Source: an uncultured Alphaproteobacteria bacterium
GTDB lineage: Bacteria; Pseudomonadota; Alphaproteobacteria; Rhizobiales; Methyloligellaceae
Assembly (NCBI GenBank): GCA_963745855.1
Contig: CAVUZR010000021.1
Location: forward strand, 851 to 64,850
Reading direction: 5' to 3'
Length of the DNA: 64,000 nucleotides
Part shown: positions 19,015-28,533 of the stretch, in pieces
How positions within the stretch are numbered: the stretch's first letter is position 1
Layout: each line of letters starts with the position of its first letter
Notes under the pieces: generated by a model
What the model was told of the DNA's origin: nothing
The model's input: the letters and a program-made list of their open reading frames with translations, nothing else
The model's database searches: none
Position numbers and translations under genes: made by a program

Positions 19015-19185
19015 CGGCGCTGGCTCAATGCACTCTTCCGTGTCGTTCTTGACGCTATTGACCGCGTAAGCCTCCATTAAAGCCGGATGATAAGGCTTGA
19101 GCATGGCCTTAAGAGTCGCGGGTTTCGGGAGGGTGGCGTCGGGGTTACTTCTTGCCAACCTTCGCGCCTTTGCCGTGACGCTCAA
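19015..19185 (-). pseudogene. SOS response-associated peptidase (SRAP/YedK-like), C-terminal fragment only
   Basis: ..LKPYHPALMEAYAVNSVKNDTEECIEP.. matches the conserved SRAP C-terminus. The catalytic N-terminal part is absent. Confidence 0.5.
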
Positions 19186-19590
19186 GCCCCGGTTTCCCGC
19201 CAGTCAATCCCCATTGCAACATTTCAGGCGCGACAAAAGCGGCTGCGACACGTCTGCAACGCGACTTCCCGGCGGGAAGAAACAACATAGGTGGGAGGGA
19301 TGACAGTCGCGTCTCTCCTCCCCCCAACCCCTCGACGCGAATGGTGGTCGTCCTAAGGAGAATCGTCATGCTAAGTAAAACCGCAATTGCGCTTATAGCG
19401 GCTTCGCTCGCGCTCGGCTTCGCCGCCCTCACGCCAGCGATTGGACACCCTCTCCGCCATTTTTCTGTCTAATCGCCTGAATATGCTGAGAAGAATTACC
19501 GAGTACCGCTTGGATGCCCGCGTTCCTACCAGTGAATTGGGAGAGGCTTGCAAAAAGGCTTGGCGGCGCAATGACTTGGCCTAAGTCACT

Positions 19591-19612
19591 GTCCGCTTTG
19601 CCCCCAAAAGCG
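19591..19612. repeat. REP-like element, degenerate copy
   Basis: GTCCGCTTTGCCCCCAAAAGCG, with the distal arm eroded. Confidence 0.5.
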
Positions 19613-19666
19613 CCGTCAGCGCATTGAGCATGTCTGCTTTGTGCCAGAAGCCGACTGTCGCCCCGT

Positions 19667-20225
19667 TCACCGCTTCGGGTACGCCGTGAAAACGTAATCC
19701 TTTGCCTTCACTATCGTGTGGCACGCGAACCCGCACTTGGCGTCGTTCACCTGCGGTGGGTTGTCGGCCAAAGTGGCTGGCGTAAACGTATCGGACGCAG
19801 CGTCATAGTCAAACGCGGCCCATCCCCATCCGCCACTGTCCGCGAACCTCTTGCTATCCCTCTCCATGAAGTCGACGTTTTGCAAGGTGCCCGGCACCCT
19901 TGTCGCGGCTCGGGGGCCTCGGCACTCTTTTTCGGGTTCCAATGGATCTTCGCCATCTTGGAGGCGTCGGGGAAAGGCTTGCCGTTGTCGGGAACACCGG
20001 ACCGGTAGGCGTCGATCATCACGGGATTGGCGAGGATCACGGCGAGTGCGCCATCGGTCTGACTGACGGAAACGGTCTGCCAGTCCTCGTATCCTCTGAA
20101 CTCAGAGAACGCGAGGCCATTCGGCACTTGCACAGTGTACTTGTCCTGCGCCGAAATGGCCCTGCCGCCCAGAGGGCGAGCACTACCGCAATCATTACCA
20201 TCAGCCAGGATGGAATTCGCGTCAT
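19667..20225 (-). pseudogene. cytochrome P460 family protein, two frameshifts (near 19925 and 20160)
   Basis: Three frames carry, in order: the signal peptide MTRIPSWLMVMIAVVLALWAAG; ..AQDKYTVQVPNGLAFSEFRGYEDWQTVS..KMAKIHWNPKK..; and ..VPGTLQNVDFMERDSKRFADSGGWGWAAFDYD..CGFACH..DYVFTAYPKR. The first shift lies at a C5/T5 run. Confidence 0.65.
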
Positions 20226-20252
20226 GCTCACTCCTTCGCCAGCGTTTTGCAT

Positions 20253-20408
20253 TTAAATTCCAGTGGCGGATAGCCGCACCTTGGCACCTGTAAGCGACCA
20301 CCAAATATTGCAGTTCATGCAGCCCCGCAGCCGTTTGCCTCGGTTGTCTATTTCCGTGAGCGGTTGCTTGCATTCAATGCAATAGCTGGCACTGCGTTCG
20401 TCGGACAT
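20253..20408 (-). CDS. small zinc-ribbon protein (hypothetical)
   Basis: MSDERSASYCIECKQ..GCMNCN.. has two CxxC pairs. 51 aa. Confidence 0.4.
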   Translation of the reverse strand: MSDERSASYCIECKQPLTEIDNRGKRLRGCMNCNIWWSLTGAKVRLSATGI

Positions 20409-20673
20409 GGTGGAGCAATAGCACACCCGCACATGGCGCCATCGTGAGGATGCCACCAAGAAGCCCGACCGCTAACGCAATACGGGGCCGGGCTTCTCTC
20501 AGCCTAGGGGGCTGTTACCGGTGCCTTTTTGTCCGAACCACCGGCCTCCAATTCAACCCGCGATAGGATCGGGTGTTCCTGAAGTCGGCTTCGGCATGGC
20601 CCCTATCCGGCTTTCCGAACGGAAACGCCCAACGCATTGAGCAGTGCTTCGTTTGCTTTCCCCTGCGCTGCCA

Positions 20674-20702
20674 TTGAGAATGTGTGGCTTCCTCGCTACA
20701 GT
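20674..20702 (+). promoter_or_regulatory. orphan sigma70-like promoter (TTGAGA-17 nt-TACAGT)
   Basis: Hexamers at 20674-20679 and 20697-20702 with a 17-nt spacer. No credible ORF lies downstream before the terminator at 20771. Confidence 0.3.
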
Positions 20703-20770
20703 AGAGGACGCGCCAGGGTGCAACCGTGCTGTTCTAGCCTGCATAGCTGGATGTGTTTTTCCCCGGACTT

Positions 20771-20805
20771 AGCCCCGTATTGCGTACCCCGGGGCTTCTT
20801 TTTGT
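20771..20805 (+). terminator. orphan rho-independent terminator
   Basis: AGCCCCG (20771-20777) pairs with CGGGGCT (20790-20796), followed by TCTTTTTGT. Confidence 0.6.
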
Positions 20806-21038
20806 GTCGGCTTCGGTCGGCGCCTTTACACGATCCACCCCAGCTCGCGCGCCTTGTCGTTGGCGAGTTAGCCGCGAGCATGAAACTCTGCTGACGGATC
20901 GGGAAGGGCCGAATCGGGTCGGACTCTGTGACTATTTAGTAACGCGGCGAATTTCTTCCTCTGTGCTTTCGGATGGCCCGAGATTTGTCACGCTTGCGGT
21001 TTTTGCTGGTCACTGAAATCGCGCGTAGACGAGAGTTC

Positions 21039-21299
21039 ATGACCATGAGCGCATCGCAAAGGGTTGGCCGTGGCTTTCACCAACTCGGGCTACTTCTTGC
21101 AGCTACCCTGCTGACAATTGGCCTCCCGCTGATGGTGGCCGACGGAGTGAGGCTTAAGTTGTGGGACGTAGGGCAAGGCGACATCCTGGTGCTCGTTGCC
21201 GGAGTTCTTATCGCCTTGGTCGGCCTCGGCATAGCTTGCCTCGCCGTGTATGGCGTGGTCCGCGCGATAGGCTGGGTCATTGGTGGCTTTGCCGCATAA
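21039..21299 (+). CDS. small membrane protein (hypothetical)
   Basis: Two hydrophobic spans (LGLLLAATLLTIGLPLMV; ILVLVAGVLIALVGLGIACLAVYGVV). Confidence 0.4.
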   Translation: MTMSASQRVGRGFHQLGLLLAATLLTIGLPLMVADGVRLKLWDVGQGDILVLVAGVLIALVGLGIACLAVYGVVRAIGWVIGGFAA

Positions 21300-21450
21300 C
21301 CCACACAATCCATCCTCTCAACCTTTACCCCTGGTCTGCGCAACTGTGAGCGGACTAGGCGCGGGACCGCCCTACAGGAATATGCTAAGCGGTATAGCGC
21401 CAAGGCCGCATTGGAGCGTGAGCTAGAGCTGCTGGTCGGCACCTGGGGCG

Positions 21451-21993
21451 ATGACCACCAGAGACACCACCGACATGCTGGGAGGCTCGCCGTCTTGCTG
21501 GCGATGGCGCTGTTTGCCGCCGCCCGGCGCTCACCTTCAGCCCAAAAAGTACGCGACCTATGCTAAAGTCTTTGAGCCTTTCCAACCCCCAGAAGCGGAG
21601 TCCAATGCCATGGCCCAATACGGCACGCCAGAAGAAGCCGAAGCTATGCTCGATAAAGCGGTTGTCGCCTTGAAGGAGGACAAGACGAAGGCGCTCGATA
21701 TGTTCAACAAGGGTGATGGTGGCTTTAAGGACCGTGACCTTTATGTGTACTGTGCGAATGCCTCGGACGGAATTTTCACGGCGCATCCGAAACTAAAGGG
21801 TAAACAGCTCAAAGACATTAAAGGCGAGAAGGGCTTTCCGCTCGGAAAAGAGATTATGGAGAAGGCCACTGAAGGGAAGATGCGCGAGGTGACTTATTGG
21901 TGGCCTCGGCCCGGCTCGGACAAGGCGCTCGAAAAGCAGACCTTCTTCACGAAGGTTGGAGATCAAATCTGCGCTGTTGGCTACTACAAGTAG
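21451..21993 (+). CDS. cache-type periplasmic sensor-like domain protein (tentative; N-terminus uncertain)
   Basis: ..YGTPEEAEAMLDKAVVALKEDKTKALDMFNKGDGGFKDRDLYVYCANASDGIFTAHP..VTYWWPRPGSDKALEKQTFFTKV.. A signal-peptide-like stretch (RLAVLLAMALFAAA) sits in another frame at 21490-21525. Confidence 0.5.
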   Translation: MTTRDTTDMLGGSPSCWRWRCLPPPGAHLQPKKYATYAKVFEPFQPPEAESNAMAQYGTPEEAEAMLDKAVVALKEDKTKALDMFNKGDGGFKDRDLYVYCANASDGIFTAHPKLKGKQLKDIKGEKGFPLGKEIMEKATEGKMREVTYWWPRPGSDKALEKQTFFTKVGDQICAVGYYK

Positions 21994-23296
21994 ATTTGCG
22001 CCTTCGACCACAAACCGCACCCGTCTGCCGGGCAATCAAGGGCCCAAGAAGCGCTATAGTGCCAAGGCTGTGCTGGGGCGCGAGCTATATCATGGCATCC
22101 GATGAGTGACGCCACGTTCCTCGACACGCTAAAGGGCGCTGCGCTCATTGTGCCTTCATTGGCTTTCTCACCATCTTCGCCATGTGGGTATCGCTATGGA
22201 ATGATGTGTGGCGCGTGTCGGTCGAGCCGACTAGGGCGAGCATCTACAACGCCCGCCTAGTCCCTCTCACTGCCTATCGCGTTCTTGGTCATGGTGGTGG
22301 ACTCAGGTTGTCGGCTGACATAGGGCGGTCTTGCAGCATAGCGAGGGGATGGCGTGGACACCGATCATCGGGAATCATTGGTGCCGTCGAGATTGCGCGA
22401 GGTGAGTGCAGCACCGGGAATGGACCTGCTCAATCCAAATCTTCCATTCGGAACCGCGTTGGACGCTACCTGAGGTCCACATGGAGTCGAATAACCTCGT
22501 CGCACGCTAACAACATCAAAGAGACAAACCACTGGTAGTCATAAAACTTCCCTCGGTCTCCATCGTATTCCTCTTTCTCGTAGTCCAGTTTTGAGAAATC
22601 AGGATTTGCAAGCTCTGAGTATTGAATGCCATGGAGATGGTAGTCCTTCCAGATTTGTTTTGCTGTAGCCTCGCGTGAGTCGAGGACTGGACCTGCTCAA
22701 TTCCGAACTACAAAGCAAAGAGAGCTGCTATTGTGGTTAGCCACGTGGGTATATCTGGGTACATCCCCGGACATCTTCACCCGGTGGCGTCTTTAGCCGC
22801 AGCCCCTCTTAGTATTATATGCGATACCTTAACAATGGGTACGAGCTTGGGGGGGACAGCTACCGCCAGTCTGCGCCTTCTGTTTAACCAGCTAGGGTGT
22901 ATCTATTAGGGTGTATCATAATGTACCTACGCGTACCCGCTCGGTCGTCTTCGAGATAGTTGCCGGTGAAGCGGCCGGAGAGCGTGAGCTCGACGGCGCG
23001 GAGGTTCATTGTGACGAAGCCTCCACCGCCGCCCTGCGTCATACTCCTCGTTTGCCGAACGCGCCGCTTTCGAGCCCGAGCGCGAAGCGTGGCCCGAGTT
23101 TCAGCCGGCGCAAGACTCCAATATTGCTGAAACGCGGTGGCCGTACGATGCGTCGACCGACAGGAACCGGAGCGGCGAGAGATCAATCCAGCTTGCTGCA
23201 TCTCTCGATTGTGAATCAGGCGAATTACAACAGCCGCATGGCGAGTATTTTTAGAGATTATGCAATCTAAGGTAGACTCCCTTCCTAGTGTGCAGC

Positions 23297-24310
23297 ATGC
23301 ATCCTGAGCGCTTCGAGTCCTGGCTTGCTGTCGATACGCGCGGCCTCTATTGCCGGCCTGGCGGATTCCACATCGACCCGCACAGTCCGGTGAATCGCGC
23401 AGTGATCACGCACGCCCATTCCGATCACGCCCGCGCCGGCCACGATCATGTGCTCGCCACGCGCGAGACGATTGCCCTGATGAAGACGCGGCTTGGCACC
23501 GCGGCCAAGCTCGGGACGCAAACGCTGCCCTATGGCGAGACGCTGCAGGTGGGCGACGTGACGGTGACGCTCGCGCCGGCCGGCCACGTGCTCGGCAGCG
23601 CGCAAATCGTCATCGAATGGAGAGGGCGTCGCGCGGTGGTCTCAGGCGACTACAAGCGAAGCGCCGACCCGACCAATCCTCCCTTCGAGCTCGTGCCTTG
23701 CGATCTGCTTGTCACCGAGGCGACGTTCGCGCTCCCGGTGTTCAGCCATGGCGACGCGCGGGGCGAGATGGCGAAGCTGCTCAAATCGCTGAAGCAGTTT
23801 CCGGAGCGCGCGCATGTGGTCGGCGTGTATGGGCTCGGCAAATGCCAGCGCCTCATCGCGCTGTTGCGCGAGGCGGGGTACGTGGAGCCGATCTATCTGC
23901 ACGGAGCGCTTGCCGCCTGCTGCGAGGTCTATGAAAGCTTCGGGATCGAGCTCGGCGCGCTGAAGCCCGCAACCGGCGCGAAGCGCGAGGAGCTGAAGGG
24001 TGCCATCGTGTTGGCGCCCCCTTCGGCCATCGCCGAGCGATGGTCGCGGCGCATGCCGGATGCGCTCACCGCCTTTGCCTCTGGCTGGATGCGCGTCAGG
24101 GCGCGGGCACGGCAGCGCGGCGTCGAGCTTCCGCTCGTGATCTCCGACCATGCCGATTGGCGCGAGCTGACGCGGACAATTCATGAGACCGGCGCGCATG
24201 AAATATGGGTCACCCATGGGCGCGAGGACGCGCTGCTGCATCACATCCAATCCACAGGGCGCGTCGGCCGGGCGCTCGCGCTCATCGGTCGCGAGGATGA
24301 GGAGTCGTGA
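23297..24310 (+). CDS. ligase-associated DNA damage response exonuclease (metallo-beta-lactamase fold)
   Basis: ..AVITHAHSDHARAG.. motif. Its stop overlaps the ligase start (GTGA at 24307-24310). Confidence 0.75.
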   Translation: MHPERFESWLAVDTRGLYCRPGGFHIDPHSPVNRAVITHAHSDHARAGHDHVLATRETIALMKTRLGTAAKLGTQTLPYGETLQVGDVTVTLAPAGHVLGSAQIVIEWRGRRAVVSGDYKRSADPTNPPFELVPCDLLVTEATFALPVFSHGDARGEMAKLLKSLKQFPERAHVVGVYGLGKCQRLIALLREAGYVEPIYLHGALAACCEVYESFGIELGALKPATGAKREELKGAIVLAPPSAIAERWSRRMPDALTAFASGWMRVRARARQRGVELPLVISDHADWRELTRTIHETGAHEIWVTHGREDALLHHIQSTGRVGRALALIGREDEES

Positions 24311-25890
24311 AAGCGTTTTCCGAATTGCTGGACCGGCTGGCCTACACGCCGTCGCGCAACGACAAACTTCGTTTGCTCGCCGACTATTTTGCCACCACGC
24401 CCGACCCAGACCGCGGCTGGGCGCTTGCCGCCTTGACCGACGGTTTGTTCTTCCGGCTGCCGCTCCGCCGCATCTTGGGCGAGATGATCGAGGCCCGAGT
24501 CGATCCCGTGCTGTTCGGGCTCTCCCGCGACTATGTCGGCGACACCGCTGAGACAATCGCCCTGATCTGGCCTCAAGGCGACGCATCCGAGCAAGCGCCG
24601 CGGCTCGACGAGGTGGTGCAGACGCTGAAGCGCGCCATGCCGACGGAAGTGTCGGGACTGCTTGCCCAATGGCTCGATGGCCTCGACGCCACCGGGCGCT
24701 GGGCACTGCTCAAGCTCGTCACCGGGGCGCTCCGCGTCGGCATCTCGGCCCGGCTTGCCAAGACAGCGCTTGCCGAATGGTCCAAGGTCCCGCTCGCTGA
24801 CATCGAGGAGGTCTGGCACGGACTGCGTCCGCCTTATGTCGAGCTGTTCGCCTGGCTTTCCGGCGGAGGCCAGCGCCCCGAGGTCGGTGGGACGGCGACC
24901 TTCCGCCCGCTGATGCTGTCGCATCAGATCGAGGACCGGGAGCTTGCTTCGATCGCGCCTGAGGATTTCGTGGCGGAATGGAAGTGGGACGGCATCCGCG
25001 TGCAGGCCGCGCATCAAGGCGGCGAGCGGCGCCTCTACTCCCGCACCGGCGACGATATCTCCGGCGCCTTCCCCGATGTGGTCATGGGGCTGCCGCCCGG
25101 TGTGGTACTCGACGGCGAGCTGTTGGTGATGCGCGGCAGCGAGGTTGCGCCGTTCAACGATTTGCAGCAGCGGCTTAACCGCAAGACCGTAACCGCCGGC
25201 ATGCTGAAATCGCATCCGGCCCACATCCGCCTTTACGACATGCTGTTTCAGAGCGATGAGGACCTGCGCCCCCTTCCCTTCGTGGGGCGGCGCGCGCGGC
25301 TCGAAGCCTGGCATGCCAACGCAAGGCCGCCACGCACCGATGTGTCAGCTGTGCTTGACTTCAGCTCGATCGAGGAGCTCGAGCGTCTATGGGCGGGGGC
25401 GCGCGAGACCGGCATCGAAGGATTGATGTTGAAGCGCCGCGACAGCCCCTATCTTGCCGGGCGCCCGAAGGGCCATTGGTACAAATGGAAGCGGGCACCG
25501 CTCACCCTCGACGCCGTGCTGATGTACGCGCAGCGGGGCAGCGGCAAGCGCTCGTCCTATTATTCCGACTACACCTTCGGCGCCTGGCGCGAAGCGGAGA
25601 CCGGAGAGCCAGAGCTTGTTCCGGTGGGCAAATCCTATTTCGGCTTCACCGACGAGGAGCTCCGGCAGCTCGACGCTTTCGTGCGCAATCACACCGTGGA
25701 TAGTTTCGGGCCCGTGCGCCAGGTCGAGCCGAGGCTCGTGTTCGAGGTCGCGTTCGATTCGGTACATCGCTCGAGCCGACACAAATCCGGCGTCGCCATG
25801 CGTTTCCCGCGCATCCATCGTATCCGCTGGGACAAGCCTGCGGAGGAGGCCGATCGGCTTGAGACTCTCGTCGGCATGATCGTGGAGTGA
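24307..25890 (+). CDS. ATP-dependent DNA ligase (cisplatin/damage-response type)
   Basis: Adenylation motif ..AEWKWDGIRVQ.. (KxDG), ..LDGELLV.., ..EGLMLKRRDSPY.., ..KWKR.. 527 aa. Confidence 0.85.
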   Translation: MKAFSELLDRLAYTPSRNDKLRLLADYFATTPDPDRGWALAALTDGLFFRLPLRRILGEMIEARVDPVLFGLSRDYVGDTAETIALIWPQGDASEQAPRLDEVVQTLKRAMPTEVSGLLAQWLDGLDATGRWALLKLVTGALRVGISARLAKTALAEWSKVPLADIEEVWHGLRPPYVELFAWLSGGGQRPEVGGTATFRPLMLSHQIEDRELASIAPEDFVAEWKWDGIRVQAAHQGGERRLYSRTGDDISGAFPDVVMGLPPGVVLDGELLVMRGSEVAPFNDLQQRLNRKTVTAGMLKSHPAHIRLYDMLFQSDEDLRPLPFVGRRARLEAWHANARPPRTDVSAVLDFSSIEELERLWAGARETGIEGLMLKRRDSPYLAGRPKGHWYKWKRAPLTLDAVLMYAQRGSGKRSSYYSDYTFGAWREAETGEPELVPVGKSYFGFTDEELRQLDAFVRNHTVDSFGPVRQVEPRLVFEVAFDSVHRSSRHKSGVAMRFPRIHRIRWDKPAEEADRLETLVGMIVE

Positions 25891-25920
25891 TGCGTCCCGA
25901 AAACGGCTTGGTATTGTAGG

Positions 25921-27108
25921 TTGGACGACGGCTACGTCATCCAGTGGGTCCGCTCCCCAATACCTTCAAATTCCCTTGCATCCGTCTATAACCTGATCGA
26001 CGACGGCCGCCGGCGGAAGGCGCTCGGTGACGACGTAGAGATCGATATCGATGTGATCGACGAGACCAATACGGTCATCCGCTTCAACAAGCTGATCCGC
26101 CGCCTGAAAGAGGCGGACGGCGCCATGGTCGGCCTTGTCGGCGTACAGACGAACCAATTCCCCCGCGCGGTCGACATCGGTCGAAAGTTCCTCGACGCCG
26201 GTATTCAGGTCGTCATGGGCGGCTTCCATGCAGCTTGGGAGCATAGCCATGCTGCCCGAATGCCCGACGGAGATCGTCGAGGCGCAGAAACTCGGCATCG
26301 CGATCTACGCCGGCGAGGCTGAGGGCGAAATGGACGAGATTCTGCTTGCGGCATGGGCCGGCGAGTTGAAGCCGCTTTACAATCTGATGAAGGACTTGCC
26401 CGACCTCGCCAATGCGAGCGGGGGCCTATACCAGTTTTGACGCGGGACGGGGCAGCCCGTTCCAATGCTCGTTTTGCACATCATCAACGTGCAGGGACGC
26501 AAGTCGCGCCATCGCACGCCTGACGATGTCGAGGAAATTATCCGGATCAATGCCGCGCAGAATATTCAGCGGTTCTTCATCACCGACGACGACTTTGCGC
26601 GCAACAAGAACTGGGAAGCGATTCTCGACCGGCTCATCTGGCTGCGCGAGGAGCAGGGCTTCAAATTCAAGGTGACATTACAGGTCGACACGCTGTGTCA
26701 CGCCTCGACGGTTTCATCGAGAAGGCTGCGCGCGGCGGCTGTGCCCGCGTCTTCATAGGGTTGGAGAATATCGACCCTGATGCGCTCGCTTCCGCCAAAA
26801 AGCGGCAAAACAAGATCTGGGAATACCGCAAGATGCTACAGGCCTGGAAGGACGTCGGCGTGATCACATATGCCGGCTACATCCTCGGCTTTCCGAACGA
26901 CACGCCGGAGAAGATCGCCCGCCCCGCCTTGAAGCGCGTCCAAGCTGACGAGAGCGCGAGAGCGTACGCCGACCTAGCTCTGTCCCCGTCGACCGACGCC
27001 GAACAGGACGAAATGGATCTCATTCAGATGTTCAAGGGCGCGATCCCGCGAACACACGGTGCGCCGGGATTCGTCGGGAAGCCGGAACTGCGGCCGGCGC
27101 TCCCCTAA
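25921..27108 (+). pseudogene. decayed paralog of the B12-binding radical SAM gene (several frameshifts, internal deletion, cluster Cys lost)
   Basis: Fragments in at least four frames are collinear with the 17050 protein (MDDGYVIQWVRSPIPSNSLA.. / ..IAIYAGEAEGEMDEIL.. / ..FDAGRGSPFQCSFC.. / ..IINVQGRKSRHRTPDDVEE.. / ..VFIGLENIDPD..YILGFPNDTPEKIA..). About 200 aa of the C-terminal half are missing. Confidence 0.8.
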
Positions 27109-27111
27109 GGA

Positions 27112-27429
27112 CTAGGGCGCTGTAGCGGCCGCCGTTGCCCTCAGTTCTTTGTCGATGCAGGATTTGAGCCGCCAATAGTCGCCGCTCGCCTCGGTCGCCT
27201 TGCCGCAGGATTCCTGCACAGATGCCGGGACATTGTCCCAGGTGAGTGCGATGTCCTTCCGCGTGCGCTCCTGGAAATCGAGGCAACCGCGCATGATCAG
27301 CTCCTGCCTCGCCGAACCTCCCGCGACATCGGCGCAAATGGCCTCGGAGTTGTAGGCTGGTAGCATCTCGGCCTGGGCCGAAGAGGCGTATGAGATGAGG
27401 ACCAAAGCGAGGATGGGAAAGTGTCGCAT
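27112..27429 (-). CDS. small secreted protein (hypothetical)
   Basis: MRHFPILALVLISYASSAQA signal peptide followed by a Cys-containing mature part. Confidence 0.5.
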   Translation of the reverse strand: MRHFPILALVLISYASSAQAEMLPAYNSEAICADVAGGSARQELIMRGCLDFQERTRKDIALTWDNVPASVQESCGKATEASGDYWRLKSCIDKELRATAAATAP

Positions 27430-27816
27430 CTCAAACCTTTCTTTGATCGCAAGAGCCGCTGGCTCGGCTCGCGTGCGATCAACCGAGTGGTTAGATGCCC
27501 TGTGCCCTGTGGCGATTCCCTTCCCTCGCTTCAGTAAGACGCAAGTAAAGCCGCTTGCAAAGCAAATTCCGCGCCCGGGCGCGCGGCTTTGCGCGGTTTC
27601 CACCAGGCTGTTGCAGGGCAGCGACGACGCCCGTCCCCTGCCGAAAGGGCCCGCGCTATGCTAAACTTGCTCATTAAGAGCTTTTGGTGAGCTGCTTGGT
27701 GGCCGGTCAGCACCTGGCTGCTGACGCTGGAAAAGTCAGTAAGGCAAAGGTAAACCGACAACGAGCCGCAGCCGCTGGGAGACGCTTTCGAGGGCGAGTG
27801 AGGACAGGAGAGTAGC

Positions 27817-28218
27817 ATGGCCAATGACGCGTTCATGAAGCCTGAGGTGCCGGATGCGTTCCGCGAATTGATGAGGGTCAGCATCGAGCAAGCAAAGCGG
27901 GCGTTCGACACCTTCGCGGCGACGAGCGAGAAGACGTGGAAGACGTTCGAGACCAGCTCACAGACGGCAAGCAGCGGTTTGCGTTCGCTCAACGAGAAGA
28001 TCGCCGAGATCACCCGCAACAACGCCGAGGCGAATTTCGCCCTTGCGATGAAACTCGCGGAAAGCAAGGACGTCGGCCAGGCCATGGAGCTGCAAACCGA
28101 GCATGCGCGAAAGCAGATGGAGAGCTTCGTGCATCAGATCGAGGAGATCCGCGACCTCGCGGCGCAAGTAATCCAGGACAGCACGCCTCCCGGCATGCCT
28201 GGGGTTGGCAAGCCGTAA
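27817..28218 (+). CDS. phasin family protein
   Basis: ..AFRELMRVSIEQAKRAFDTFAATSEKTWKTFE..NAEANFALAMKLAESKDVGQAMELQTEHARKQME.. is phasin-like. GGAGAG precedes the ATG. Confidence 0.75.
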   Translation: MANDAFMKPEVPDAFRELMRVSIEQAKRAFDTFAATSEKTWKTFETSSQTASSGLRSLNEKIAEITRNNAEANFALAMKLAESKDVGQAMELQTEHARKQMESFVHQIEEIRDLAAQVIQDSTPPGMPGVGKP

Positions 28219-28245
28219 AAGCGGCCGGGCGATGTAGCTATTCGA

Positions 28246-28474
28246 TCAGGGCAGCTTGGTCGCAGGCGTGCAGATGACCTGCACTTTATTGTCCTTGTTG
28301 TCGGGATAGCACATGCTGATTTGTTCCTTGGCGTTGTCTATGACAAATACTGCGGCCCCGGGGGCGCAAAATTGATGCGGGTATATAGCCCGACGATTCG
28401 GCGTTCGCCGGCAGCGCCAACCCGGTCATGGCCATGGCGACAAGCGCCGTGGCGGCTAGTCTTCTCATACGCAT
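28246..28474 (-). pseudogene. small secreted protein, frameshifted (hypothetical)
   Basis: The signal peptide MRMRRLAATALVAMAMTGLALPANA in one frame continues as ..AAVFVIDNAKEQISMCYPDNKDNKVQVICTPATKLP in another. Confidence 0.35.
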
Positions 28475-28533
28475 AACATTCCTCCCTTGCTACACCTGTT
28501 GTTGTCTCGCCGCATTTGCTAGCACGCCAAGGA

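Noticed and set aside
22884-23201. Outer-membrane porin or autotransporter C-terminal remnant on the minus strand (..FVTMNLRAVELTLSGRFTGNYLEDD..).
   Set aside because: It is only a vague beta-strand-like pattern. I could not tie it to a family from the sequence alone.
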